64,000 bases of DNA, taken from contig CAVXWP010000012.1 of assembly GCA_963765495.1 (NCBI GenBank), positions 96,001 through 160,000 of the forward strand. Reading direction: 5' to 3'. The stretch's first letter is position 1; the number at the start of each line of letters is the position of its first letter. Shown one piece after another: positions 1-9,196 of the stretch. The DNA comes from Blastocatellia bacterium. GTDB lineage: Bacteria > Acidobacteriota > Blastocatellia > UBA7656. Below the pieces are notes generated by a model. It did not search any database. It saw nothing but the letters and a program-made list of their open reading frames with translations, and was not told the DNA's origin. The translations under genes and the position numbers were made by a program.

Positions 1-634
1 CATCGCTGAACCCCGATACGCGGGCGGCGGTATCGATAGCGGTTCCCCAACCTGCGCTCTGTATCCCGAACGAAAGCTTCTCTTTTAAGTCGGGGGTCGT
101 TTCAACAAGGTTGACCATACGATAATCATCAGCCGTGCGGTTGTAGGCCTCGACAATCGCAGGCGCAGTGCTGTCCTTGCCAAGATTGATGATGATGCCG
201 AAGCGATTATTGCCAAGCTCTATGCGGCTCGTACCCAATCGGCGAACGACTATGTCTGTCAGATATTCGCCGCCGCGCTCCTCGGGTTTTCGCTCGGACA
301 GCGCGAGCGGGAAGGCAAGAAGCCTGTAGCGTGGAAGTTGGCCTGGGATCAAGGAGGCTGGGAAAAGAATTTCGGCTGACTTGATTGACCCGTCCGGGTA
401 GGTGTCGGCTACCACAACCTGAACGGGCAGTTCACGGTTCTGGTCATCAAGCACGCGTAACTGATCGGCGTGAGCCTCTCCCTCGGCAAAGCGGGTCACG
501 AGGCGCACAACCTCATTGTCCCGCCGCTCAATTCCTGTAGGCTCTTCGATCTGTATCGCCCATCTCCGCCCCTGAGCGGATGAATTCACAGCAACACAAA
601 GGATACACAGGATCAGGGGGGCCAAGTTTTTCAT
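1..634 (-). CDS. Secreted hypothetical protein, runs off the window edge; N-terminus resembles the N-terminal domain of PcRGLX/YetA-like lyases
   Basis: Manual translation from ATG 634: MKNLAPLILCILCVAVNSSAQ (signal peptide) ... LRVLDDQNRELPVQVVVADTYPDGSIKSAEILFPASL. Absent from the ORF track because it is truncated. Confidence 0.6.
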   Translation of the reverse strand, partial: MKNLAPLILCILCVAVNSSAQGRRWAIQIEEPTGIERRDNEVVRLVTRFAEGEAHADQLRVLDDQNRELPVQVVVADTYPDGSIKSAEILFPASLIPGQLPRYRLLAFPLALSERKPEERGGEYLTDIVVRRLGTSRIELGNNRFGIIINLGKDSTAPAIVEAYNRTADDYRMVNLVETTPDLKEKLSFGIQSAGWGTAIDTAARVSGFSD

Positions 635-720
635 CTCGGTATCCTAGATCGGGCGCAGATGTTGTTCAACCCGTTTCTTTCTGCCGTGATTTTGCTTCGC
701 GGTTCACTGATTGGAATCGT

Positions 721-2052
721 TTAGGCCGAAGCCGCGTTGAGCCGAGAAACTGTCATGTATTTCCGAATGCCAAAGAGCAACAACATGGCGATGAGAAAAT
801 AGATCATCGAATTCGCGCTGATGCACGCGCTCATTCCAAAACGCTCGCTTGCGGCAGCGATTGCAACAGGCGCGATCCCGCCGCCGATCCACCCCAGAGA
901 GTTCATGAATCCAACCGCCGAAGCCCTATGTTCAGGCCGAACTACATCGTGAAGCGAAGCCCAGATGTTTGCGTCATAAAGACCCTTGAAATAGCCAAAG
1001 CCCATCAATGCCACGATCACGATTGGAATTGAAATCGTCCAGCCGGCCAGGAAGATAAACGGTACACCGAATGCTAATCCAATCACCTGCGTCATCGTCC
1101 GTCCGCCCCGGTTTGCCTTTGCAAGCCGGTCTGCGAGCACGCCTCCGCTCAACACGCCCAGTATCGATGCAATCTGTAAATATGCGGTTGCGCTCACACC
1201 GGCCATCGCGAGACTCAGGTTGAATTTACGATAGAGAAACGACGGCATCCACGTCAGGAAGATCATCGCCACGAAATTTGCGCCGATAAAGACGATGGTC
1301 AGAATTCGAAACATCGGGTTGGCAAATAACTCCGCAATAATACTTTTCACGCTCATCAATGTTCGTGCTATAGATTTGCCTGATCCCCCATCAGATGCTT
1401 CTGGCCCCGACGATGAGTGATCATCTAAACGGCCTCTGGCCCTCTCACTCGAATCGCCGGAGGCTTCTGGTTCGCTCAATCCGACGTGAGTCGGTTCCCG
1501 GAGCAAGAGAAGCAATACAAGACCCAGGACCACTCCGAGCGACCCGAAAAGGTAAAAGCTAGACCGCCATCCATAATGCTGACCGAGTATCCCGGCTACG
1601 CTACCTCCAGCTATTGTCCCCGCGTAAACGCTCGACTGGTGAATCGCCATCGCACGCGAGCGAGTCTCGGTTCCGTGGTAATCGCTCAGAAGCGACATAG
1701 AAGCTGGAAAGTAAAAGGCTTCACCAAAGCCTTCAAGCCCTCGGAATAAAATCAGATGCGAGTACTTTGTCGAAAGGGCTGTAGCAATCGTGATAAAGGA
1801 CCAGAAGACGAGCCCGCCGATAACGAGTGTCTTGCGGTTAAGCCTATCGCCGATCAAACCTGCGATAGGCCCGATCCCTGCGTAAACCCACATGAATGAC
1901 GCGCCGATTATGCCCAACTGCACATCGCTCAGATTCATCTCCGATTTGAGCAATTCGAAAACTGAGAAGATCGCCTGCCGGTCCGCATAGTTAAAAAAGC
2001 ATACGAACCACAGCATAGCGACTACCCACCATTTGTATGAGGGTTCAGACAC
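721..2052 (-). CDS. MFS transporter (ACS/Spinster-like, sugar-acid type)
   Basis: NYADRQ and GLIGDRLNRK MFS motifs, about 12 TM segments. Likely start GTG 2052; the ORF extends to 2082. Confidence 0.85.
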   Translation of the reverse strand: MSEPSYKWWVVAMLWFVCFFNYADRQAIFSVFELLKSEMNLSDVQLGIIGASFMWVYAGIGPIAGLIGDRLNRKTLVIGGLVFWSFITIATALSTKYSHLILFRGLEGFGEAFYFPASMSLLSDYHGTETRSRAMAIHQSSVYAGTIAGGSVAGILGQHYGWRSSFYLFGSLGVVLGLVLLLLLREPTHVGLSEPEASGDSSERARGRLDDHSSSGPEASDGGSGKSIARTLMSVKSIIAELFANPMFRILTIVFIGANFVAMIFLTWMPSFLYRKFNLSLAMAGVSATAYLQIASILGVLSGGVLADRLAKANRGGRTMTQVIGLAFGVPFIFLAGWTISIPIVIVALMGFGYFKGLYDANIWASLHDVVRPEHRASAVGFMNSLGWIGGGIAPVAIAAASERFGMSACISANSMIYFLIAMLLLFGIRKYMTVSRLNAASA

Positions 2053-2116
2053 TCTTCTTTTATCATCTGCTTGTCGTCTCAAGACTCAGGACCGTTTGAT
2101 AGTGTTCGCCATGGCA

Positions 2117-3187
2117 TCAATCAGGCCAGCGCCCATCCGGCATGTCCCGCAATACGAGTTTTGCGGGATCGATCACAACATGCTTGATTCGCTTGCGATT
2201 CCAGGTGTAGGTGATTTGCACAAGCCCGTCGGCTGTCTGAATTACCGCCGGGTACGAGTATTCGCCCGGTTGATCTTCGAGGACGAGGGCCGCCTTCCAT
2301 ACCTTGCCGTCGGATGAGACTGCGACATTGAGCGGGCTCCGCGCGTTTTCAGTGTGATTGTAAACCAGCAAGGAGCGCCCATCTTTTAGCGATACGGCGT
2401 CGATGCCGCTGCTTGGGTTCGGAAGCGATGTCGCCTTCATTTCGCTCCAGCTTTTTCCGCCGTCTGTAGACCAGCTCTCGGTGATTTTTTTCTGTCTGCT
2501 GCGGCACAGAATCTGGATCGAGCCGGATCGATGAACGAGGATCGTAGGTTGAATGGCTCCAAACTGAATGCGGTTGTTGAGCGGTTCGCTCTTCTGCCAC
2601 GTGGCCCCAAAATCTTTTGTGCTTTCCATATGAACGCGCCACCCGGCATCTTCAGTACTGGAACCGCATAATAAGGTCCCGTCCTTCAGAGCTACGGGTT
2701 TGTTCTTTATCGGGCCGAGTATGCCACCGGGAAGTCGTCTCGGAAGAGACCACGTCACTCCGTTGTCGGTTGACGTGGTCAGCATTCCCCACCACTGGTC
2801 GGGGCTCGGGCCGACTTTATAAAAGAGCATGAGCAGCCCGCGCTTTGCTTGAAACAGTACGGGGTTCCAGCAGGGGAAACGCTCAGCGTCAGGCTGAATC
2901 CCGTTTGCAACTTCAACAGGTTTAGACCACCCGGATTTATCTCGTCGAGCCACCCAGATGCCAACATCGGGATTTTTCTCCCGCGTCCCCCCAAACCATG
3001 CGGCAACCAGACCGGCTCTGGTTTCGGCGATAGTTGAGGCATGACAGGAAGGAAAGGGCGCTTGCTCGAAGATGAACTCCACCGTCACGATTGCACTGCC
3101 TCTCTGGAGAACCGGGTCGCCGATTGCCCATACCGAGGCAAGCAATAATGTGAAAAGAGCAGTCCATACAATACGTTTCCCTCGCAT
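2117..3187 (-). CDS. Secreted sialidase-family / BNR-repeat protein
   Basis: Asp-box repeats STDNGVTW, STDGGKSW, SSDGKVW; EYSYPA motif; signal peptide after ATG 3187. Confidence 0.85.
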   Translation of the reverse strand: MRGKRIVWTALFTLLLASVWAIGDPVLQRGSAIVTVEFIFEQAPFPSCHASTIAETRAGLVAAWFGGTREKNPDVGIWVARRDKSGWSKPVEVANGIQPDAERFPCWNPVLFQAKRGLLMLFYKVGPSPDQWWGMLTTSTDNGVTWSLPRRLPGGILGPIKNKPVALKDGTLLCGSSTEDAGWRVHMESTKDFGATWQKSEPLNNRIQFGAIQPTILVHRSGSIQILCRSRQKKITESWSTDGGKSWSEMKATSLPNPSSGIDAVSLKDGRSLLVYNHTENARSPLNVAVSSDGKVWKAALVLEDQPGEYSYPAVIQTADGLVQITYTWNRKRIKHVVIDPAKLVLRDMPDGRWPD

Positions 3188-3527
3188 TTGAAATGATCCG
3201 ACCAGGTGTCGGGCGATTTCCGAGGGGCGCAGGTTTCGGCCAGCGCCAGAGGATTCAATGATTTTATAAAAACGGAGCCACATGCTGTTAGAGAAGTTCA
3301 TAGGTGCTGCTGTTTCTAATCGGGCAAGTGCATTTTGTCAAGCTTGGGATGACATTTGCGTATATGAAAAAGAGAGTCCAAAAGCAAATGGCAAGATTTG
3401 AAAAATGTAGAGATAGTAGAAACAATACGAGAAATCAAGGCAGCGATCGCCAGGACAAAATATGTCATACAGGCCCGGGCAAGTGCTTACAACGATAGTT
3501 GTAGATGTAGAGCCTTGAGAAGATTGA

Positions 3528-3812
3528 TTATTTTTTCCGCTTGTTGACAGCCTCTTTCAATTGTTTGCCTACGGTAAACCTGACCCCTTTTGATGCGGGT
3601 ATCCTGATTCGTTCACTGGTGTAAGGGTTATGGCCGCGACGCGCCTTGCGTTGAGATACGGCGAAGGTTCCGAATCCGACAAGAGTGACCTTGTTGCCCT
3701 TTCGCAGGCTGTCGGTAATGGCTCCCTTGACGGCATTGATAGCCCGTTCGGCTTCGGCTTTGGTGATTGAAGCCGCGCTTGCCACCTTCTCAATCAAATC
3801 ACCTTGGTTCAT
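3528..3812 (-). CDS. hup: HU family DNA-binding protein
   Basis: VTLVGFGTF...R.G.NP.T...I.IPA signature; AGGAGG RBS upstream (alternative start 3815). Confidence 0.93.
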   Translation of the reverse strand: MNQGDLIEKVASAASITKAEAERAINAVKGAITDSLRKGNKVTLVGFGTFAVSQRKARRGHNPYTSERIRIPASKGVRFTVGKQLKEAVNKRKK

Positions 3813-3878
3813 CATGCCTCCTAAATATTGTAGGTTCTGTTAAAGGCCAATACCAGATATAGTAGCCACACCGGCGCA

Positions 3879-3907
3879 TTTATATCACCTGACTTCAGAG
3901 GTGTCAA
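3879..3907 (-). promoter_or_regulatory. Sigma-70-type promoter of hup
   Basis: TTGACA-N17-TATAAA on the minus strand about 65 bp upstream of the start. Confidence 0.65.
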
Positions 3908-3990
3908 CTGTTTTTATTTATGATAGGGCCTTGAAATCGGTTCTGGGAGCCGGATTCACGGTTTGATGATTATGAACGGTAGGGATTGGG

Positions 3991-4992
3991 CTAGATTTCG
4001 GCAGGCTGGATAAGCACCTTTAACATACCGGGCGCTGATGCTTTTGTGAATGCCTGCACGCCTTCTTCTATTGAGAATCGCTCCTGAATCAGAGGGCGCA
4101 CATCCACCTCCTCACTCGCCAGAAGATCAATGGCCGGAGGGAACCGGCCGCAACGCGAGCCGACTATGGTTATCTCTTCAACGACTATTCTGGACATTTC
4201 AAGTCGGGTCGCCTGATGATGTGTGGATTTGAGAACTATTGTGCCGCGCGGCCTGACAAGGTCAAGTGCGAGTTGTAGCCCCGAAGGTGAGCCGCTCGCC
4301 TCAATCACGAAATCGTATTTATCGTCCTGCGCGAGGGCAGAAAAAGCCCCGGCGGAATCAGTCTCCGCCCTCTCTCCTGCGCCTATGTTCAAGCAACGCG
4401 CCCCCGCCTGTTTTGCCAGATCGAGCTTATATTGATGCTTGCCGATAACAGTGAGGGCACAACCTGTCACGGCCAGGGCGCGTAGGATCAACTGCGCGAG
4501 TTTGCCGTCTCCGACCACAGCTACTCTGGACGACGAGTTTATGGCGACCTGTTGAAGAATTTGACACGCCGCTGCAAGAGGCTCGATCAAGACCGCAGCT
4601 TCATCGCTTATAGAATCAGGCACCTCAAGCAGATTACGGACCGGCAGCGAGAGATACTGCGCGAATGCGCCGTCACGATTCTTGATGCCAAGCACAGTTC
4701 GAGCGGCACAATGCCGCCAGTCGCCCGCGCGACAGACGGCGCACACATTGCAACCGATGTTGATCTCTCCGACTACCCGCCGTCCCAGAAGCGAGTCTTC
4801 GGGCGATTCCACAACCCGCCCGACAAATTCGTGTCCGAGAGTACCGTAGAACCCCGCGTATCCCTTCACTATTTCGAGGTCGGTGTTGCAGATGCCTGCC
4901 AGAAGCACCTCTACGAGCGCCTCACCCTCGCGCCTCGGCACGGGCGCATTGTTCGTGAGTCTTAGAGTACCGTCGAATCTTAGAGCTTTCAT
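3991..4992 (-). CDS. Zinc-dependent alcohol dehydrogenase (MDR family)
   Basis: GICNTD, GHEFVG, structural CxxCxxC...C and GDGKLA nucleotide-binding motifs. Confidence 0.9.
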   Translation of the reverse strand: MKALRFDGTLRLTNNAPVPRREGEALVEVLLAGICNTDLEIVKGYAGFYGTLGHEFVGRVVESPEDSLLGRRVVGEINIGCNVCAVCRAGDWRHCAARTVLGIKNRDGAFAQYLSLPVRNLLEVPDSISDEAAVLIEPLAAACQILQQVAINSSSRVAVVGDGKLAQLILRALAVTGCALTVIGKHQYKLDLAKQAGARCLNIGAGERAETDSAGAFSALAQDDKYDFVIEASGSPSGLQLALDLVRPRGTIVLKSTHHQATRLEMSRIVVEEITIVGSRCGRFPPAIDLLASEEVDVRPLIQERFSIEEGVQAFTKASAPGMLKVLIQPAEI

Positions 4993-5176
4993 ACCAAACC
5001 GCCTGACCAACACAAACAATTAATGAGGAAAGCGATTCTTTCACACGTTCCAGGCGAGCGCAAGTTTGACTCGCTCAACGGCAGACAAATAGCTGGCGTC
5101 ATCTTTGCAGACTTTTAAAACGAAGCCATACACAGTTATACTCAATATCTTTATCGAGTCATCAGGAGAGGTTTTA

Positions 5177-6601
5177 TTGACCAGGAAGCATTATCATTTG
5201 ATAGGCATATGCGGCACAGCTATGGCTTCGTTAGCCGGTATGCTGATTGATCAAGGGCACGAAGTCACGGGATCGGACGAGAACGTATACCCGCCGATGT
5301 CGCTCGAACTTAAACGCCTGGGAATTCCCGTAAGCGAAGGGTACAGGTCTGAAAATATACTCGAAAATATAGTCGGACAGCCTGATACAATCGTCGTGGG
5401 CAACGCCATAACGCGCGGCAATCCAGAACTTGAATTCGTTCTGAACGAAAAGATGTATTACACCTCGATGGCTGCCGTAGTCAAAGAGAATTTCATTCGC
5501 GGCCATCACTCTATAGTGCTGGCGGGGACGCACGGCAAGACTACTACCACATCGCTTATGGCGGTGGCGCTTGAGCGGGCGGGCATCCATCCATCTTTCC
5601 TCATAGGCGGCGTAGCCGAAAATTTCAGCTCATCATTTCGCGTCACCGACAGCCGGTATTTCGTCATCGAAGGCGATGAGTATGATACGGCCTACTTCGA
5701 CAAGGGGCCGAAGTTCATGCATTATCTGCCGGATACGGTCGTGCTCAATAATGTGGAGTTCGATCACGCGGACATCTATCGCGACATTGACGCGGTGAAA
5801 TTCGCCTTCAGCCGTTTGATCAACCTGATACCAGGGCGGGGCGCGCTCATCGCCGGGTGGGATTCAAAAATTGTCCGGGAGCTTGCGCCGCGCGCCTTTT
5901 GCAAAATAGAGACCTTCGGCATAGAGGAAGACGCCCGCTGGGTGGCTCGCGATATCGATTTCTCCGGCGAAATGACTTCATTTACGGTTTTGGTCGAAGG
6001 GCGCAAATTTGGGCGTTATCGCACCCCCCTCGTTGGGGCGTTCAACGTGCGAAACTGTCTTGGCGTTATCACGGCTTGCGAGACTTTAGGTTTGGACCGC
6101 GACGCCGTCCGGTCGGGGATAGAAGAGTTCAAAAGCGTGAAGAGGCGCATGCAGGTGCGAGGCCGAGCGCGAGGCGTCACGGTCATAGATGATTTTGCGC
6201 ACCACCCGACGGCGGTTCGCGAAACCCTGATCGCCGCGCGGCAAAAATACGCCGATCATCGCATCATAGCCGTTTTCGAGCCGCGATCCTACACCGCGCA
6301 GCACAAAGATTTTCAGCAGGCTTTCGAAGACGGGCTGGGCGAAGCCGACAGCGTGATCATCGCGGGCTTGTTTCACCCGGAGCGCTACACGGCAGAAACC
6401 TCAATCGCCCCGCTTGAGATGGTTGACAATTTGCGACGACGAGGCCGAGAGGCTGATTTCATCCCGACTCCTGATGAGATAGTTTCGCGCCTTGCGCCCT
6501 GCCTCAAAGAAAATGATCTTGTGGTGATAATGTCGAACGGCTCGTTCGGAGGCATCCACGATAAGCTGTTACGCTCGCTCGATGGATCAGGAAAAGAATG
6601 A
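5177..6601 (+). CDS. mpl: Murein peptide ligase (UDP-MurNAc:L-Ala-gamma-D-Glu-mDAP ligase)
   Basis: IGICGTAM, GTHGKTTT, EGDEYDTAYFDK, DDFAHHPT, MSNGSFGG motifs; TTG start after GGAGAG. Confidence 0.92.
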   Translation: MTRKHYHLIGICGTAMASLAGMLIDQGHEVTGSDENVYPPMSLELKRLGIPVSEGYRSENILENIVGQPDTIVVGNAITRGNPELEFVLNEKMYYTSMAAVVKENFIRGHHSIVLAGTHGKTTTTSLMAVALERAGIHPSFLIGGVAENFSSSFRVTDSRYFVIEGDEYDTAYFDKGPKFMHYLPDTVVLNNVEFDHADIYRDIDAVKFAFSRLINLIPGRGALIAGWDSKIVRELAPRAFCKIETFGIEEDARWVARDIDFSGEMTSFTVLVEGRKFGRYRTPLVGAFNVRNCLGVITACETLGLDRDAVRSGIEEFKSVKRRMQVRGRARGVTVIDDFAHHPTAVRETLIAARQKYADHRIIAVFEPRSYTAQHKDFQQAFEDGLGEADSVIIAGLFHPERYTAETSIAPLEMVDNLRRRGREADFIPTPDEIVSRLAPCLKENDLVVIMSNGSFGGIHDKLLRSLDGSGKE

Positions 6602-6647
6602 CTGACAGACCGAAAATTTAACTGAAGATTTAATGGCGAGGTTTCCA

Positions 6648-7076
6648 TTATTCGCCAGAGGCCGGTGAATCGGTGATGACCGTGAGCCGGCCTTTTGGCT
6701 CGATGCGTCCGCGCAGGACGGTCTTGAGTCGCTTGGGTAGAAAATATTCTGCGACGCGCGCGATTCCAGTGACCAGTTCTTTGATGTCCCGGTCCCCCTT
6801 CCAGAGTTCCATTACAATATTACGGTCGGCGCGGTTCAACAATCTGAGAATGGCGAGCGCCAGCAGGTATGAATCGTCCACTTGCCCTATAAAGGGGATG
6901 AAATCAGGGATAACATCAATCGGGATGATCACATACATTATTACCCCGGCGAGGATGGCTTTATCGGCCTGAGAAACGCGACTGTCTCTGAGCAGGTCGA
7001 ACAACAACTTCAGCAAATTGGGTATAAACAACAACAATTCGCGCATCGTTTCCTTCATCTTACTTCGCTCAGACAT
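6648..7076 (-). CDS. YkvA/DUF1232 family protein
   Basis: YVIIPIDVIPDFIPFIGQVDD signature; GGAGG RBS. Confidence 0.88.
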   Translation of the reverse strand: MSERSKMKETMRELLLFIPNLLKLLFDLLRDSRVSQADKAILAGVIMYVIIPIDVIPDFIPFIGQVDDSYLLALAILRLLNRADRNIVMELWKGDRDIKELVTGIARVAEYFLPKRLKTVLRGRIEPKGRLTVITDSPASGE

Positions 7077-7208
7077 CAAATACCTCCATGTGCCAGCCAA
7101 TAAGTGGACTGTGCTATTTTAGGGACCACAGTTGTTTACGTCAATTTTGAAAGCAGAAAAGCGCTTATTTATCTTGCCAAACACCAGGCCGTTTACTTGA
7201 TAAGAGAG

Positions 7209-7278
7209 CTTTGCGTACTTTGCGTGCTTTGCGAGAAATAGATTCACGATGAGGTGCGCAGACGCAAAGTACGCAAAG
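7209..7278. repeat. Palindrome with 9-mer tandem arms (CTTTGCGTA / TACGCAAAG)
   Basis: ctttgcgtactttgcgtgctttgcg ... cgcagacgcaaagtacgcaaag. Confidence 0.7.
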
Positions 7279-7437
7279 ATTTTTCACTAACCAAGCAAGG
7301 TCAATCTGAGAACTGAATGGCTCTGCCCTGGCAGGCAATAAAAGTACAACTCCTGAATGATTTAAATATCACTGGCGGTGTGCTAATATGGGAACATCGC
7401 ATTGCTTCGATTCGAGAAACAACTCGAGAAGCAACCG

Positions 7438-7490
7438 ACCTTAAGTGGACGCCTTGAACAACACCAACAACCTCAAGTGGACGCCTTGAA
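7438..7490 (+). repeat. Two 21-bp direct repeats upstream of the spondin gene
   Basis: ACCT(T/C)AAGTGGACGCCTTGAA at 7438 and 7470. Confidence 0.8.
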
Positions 7491-7521
7491 TAATATCGAT
7501 TAATGGGAAGGGAGCTTTGCT

Positions 7522-8214
7522 GTGAAACATCTTGCATTATTGTTCGCATTCGTTCTGCTTATGACGGTCGCCGTTTTGCCGGGGAGCCGCGTGTTTGCGC
7601 AGAAGAGTCAGTACTATACGGTCACTATAACTAATTTGACCAAGGGACAAACTTTTACGCCGATTCTTGCGGCAACTCATGAGGAGGGAGTCTCTATTTT
7701 TGAACTTGGAGAGTCTGCGAGCGTGGAGTTGGAAGAATTGGCCGAAGCGGGTGATACCGCACCGCTTGCGGCGCAGCTTTCGGGCATGTCGGAGGTCCTG
7801 GATGTGAAGACCGCGGACAGTCCTCTACCTCCGGGTAAGTCGGTGACATTGATTCTGAGGACCAGCAACGAATTCAATTATGTCACTGTCGCTTCGATGC
7901 TTGTTCCCACAAACGACGGCTTTTTTGCGCTCGATGGAGTCGAAGGCCCCACGGGAAATAACAGATTATCAGTTTACACGTCTCCAGCTTACGACGCGGG
8001 CACAGAGTTCAATGATGAGCTCTGCATAAACATCCCGGGCCCTCCAACCGTCTGTATGGGCGAAGGATTTAACCCGAGCCGTGAGGGAGCCGAAGGCTTT
8101 GTTCACATCCATTCCGGCATCCAGGGCGTTGGCGATTTGAATCCTGCTGAGAGAAACTGGCAAAACCCGGTTGCCCGAATCGTTATCGGCAAGAGCCTCA
8201 ACAGGCTCAATTAG
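7522..8214 (+). CDS. Secreted Spondin_N domain protein
   Basis: Signal peptide; ITNLT..Q.FTP, LAE.GD, ASMLVPTNDGF, YDAGTE motifs. Confidence 0.85.
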   Translation: MKHLALLFAFVLLMTVAVLPGSRVFAQKSQYYTVTITNLTKGQTFTPILAATHEEGVSIFELGESASVELEELAEAGDTAPLAAQLSGMSEVLDVKTADSPLPPGKSVTLILRTSNEFNYVTVASMLVPTNDGFFALDGVEGPTGNNRLSVYTSPAYDAGTEFNDELCINIPGPPTVCMGEGFNPSREGAEGFVHIHSGIQGVGDLNPAERNWQNPVARIVIGKSLNRLN

Positions 8215-8232
8215 CGCAGATCTCCCGGGAAG

Positions 8233-8269
8233 ATCAGGCCCTCCCGTTTTTGAGAGCACCGGAGGGTCT
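8233..8269. terminator. Hairpin between convergent genes, likely terminator
   Basis: caggccctcc ... ggagggtctg inverted repeat just after the spondin stop. Confidence 0.45.
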
Positions 8270-8310
8270 GTTACCCGCCGTTGCTGATTGGAAAGGCTGA
8301 ATACCTTTCG

Positions 8311-9033
8311 TCATTCAGGCAGCTTTTCTACCCGCTTGAAACCATCCGGGATTTTGAATTCGTCGGGTGATACTTCGGTTTTTATGTCGCGCCGTTCGGT
8401 AATTATTCTTGAGCCATTTGATTCGGCTTCGACTCTGATCGTAAGCCCGGCAAGATCGCGGGCGCGGAATTCTCTTGTTATCTCGATGTGATTGTCAGGG
8501 AAAACCGCGCGCCGCTCGATTACCTCGCAGGGGTGATTGTCTATAATCTGATCGGGCAGCAAACGCGTCTCGCCGCTTGAAGGATTCGGCGCATCGGAAA
8601 AAGCGTTTTCAATCGCCTCCGGATCAGTCACCGATTGATTGTCGTTAGCGGGATTCTGTGCGGCAGTCTCGGCTGATGTCTCGGGGTTGATGAAGGTCTC
8701 CGAGTAAAGTTGTCTGTCGGGCGCAAGCAGGAAAATTTTGCCGAGATCAGGTCGAAAGATGAGCGCGCGAGGAGCGCCTCCCTCGGTCCACTCTTCTCTT
8801 GTGAGCGAAGAGGAGCGCAATATGCGAGCAACACTTACTTCGCGATGCTCGCCGTTTTCGATTGTTCGCACAATGGTCGCCGAATACTCGTCAGGCTCGC
8901 CCGCAGGCCCGGGCTCGATAACGCCTTCGGGCGCGTTTGATCCCTTGCGGCAGGCGCCGATAAACAGGGTCAGGAAAACGAGCACTACAAGAGTCAGGGC
9001 CGGAATTAATCGCGATTGCTCATCTGATCTCAT
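8311..9033 (-). CDS. Putative lipoprotein (DUF4412-like)
   Basis: Lipobox FIGAC; C-terminal F.IP.GF..V motif. Confidence 0.65.
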   Translation of the reverse strand: MRSDEQSRLIPALTLVVLVFLTLFIGACRKGSNAPEGVIEPGPAGEPDEYSATIVRTIENGEHREVSVARILRSSSLTREEWTEGGAPRALIFRPDLGKIFLLAPDRQLYSETFINPETSAETAAQNPANDNQSVTDPEAIENAFSDAPNPSSGETRLLPDQIIDNHPCEVIERRAVFPDNHIEITREFRARDLAGLTIRVEAESNGSRIITERRDIKTEVSPDEFKIPDGFKRVEKLPE

Positions 9034-9196
9034 ACCGAAATATGGATTCTATCATCACTTTCGCCGACGGTTTGAGTATCCATCCGTAGAATAGGGCATT
9101 GAAAGACCGAATGCCACAGTAGTAACATACGTCAGACGACAATAGAAGAACGTTGGCGGATTGCAGCAGGCGTAATCGAAAGCCCTTTCAAATTCT

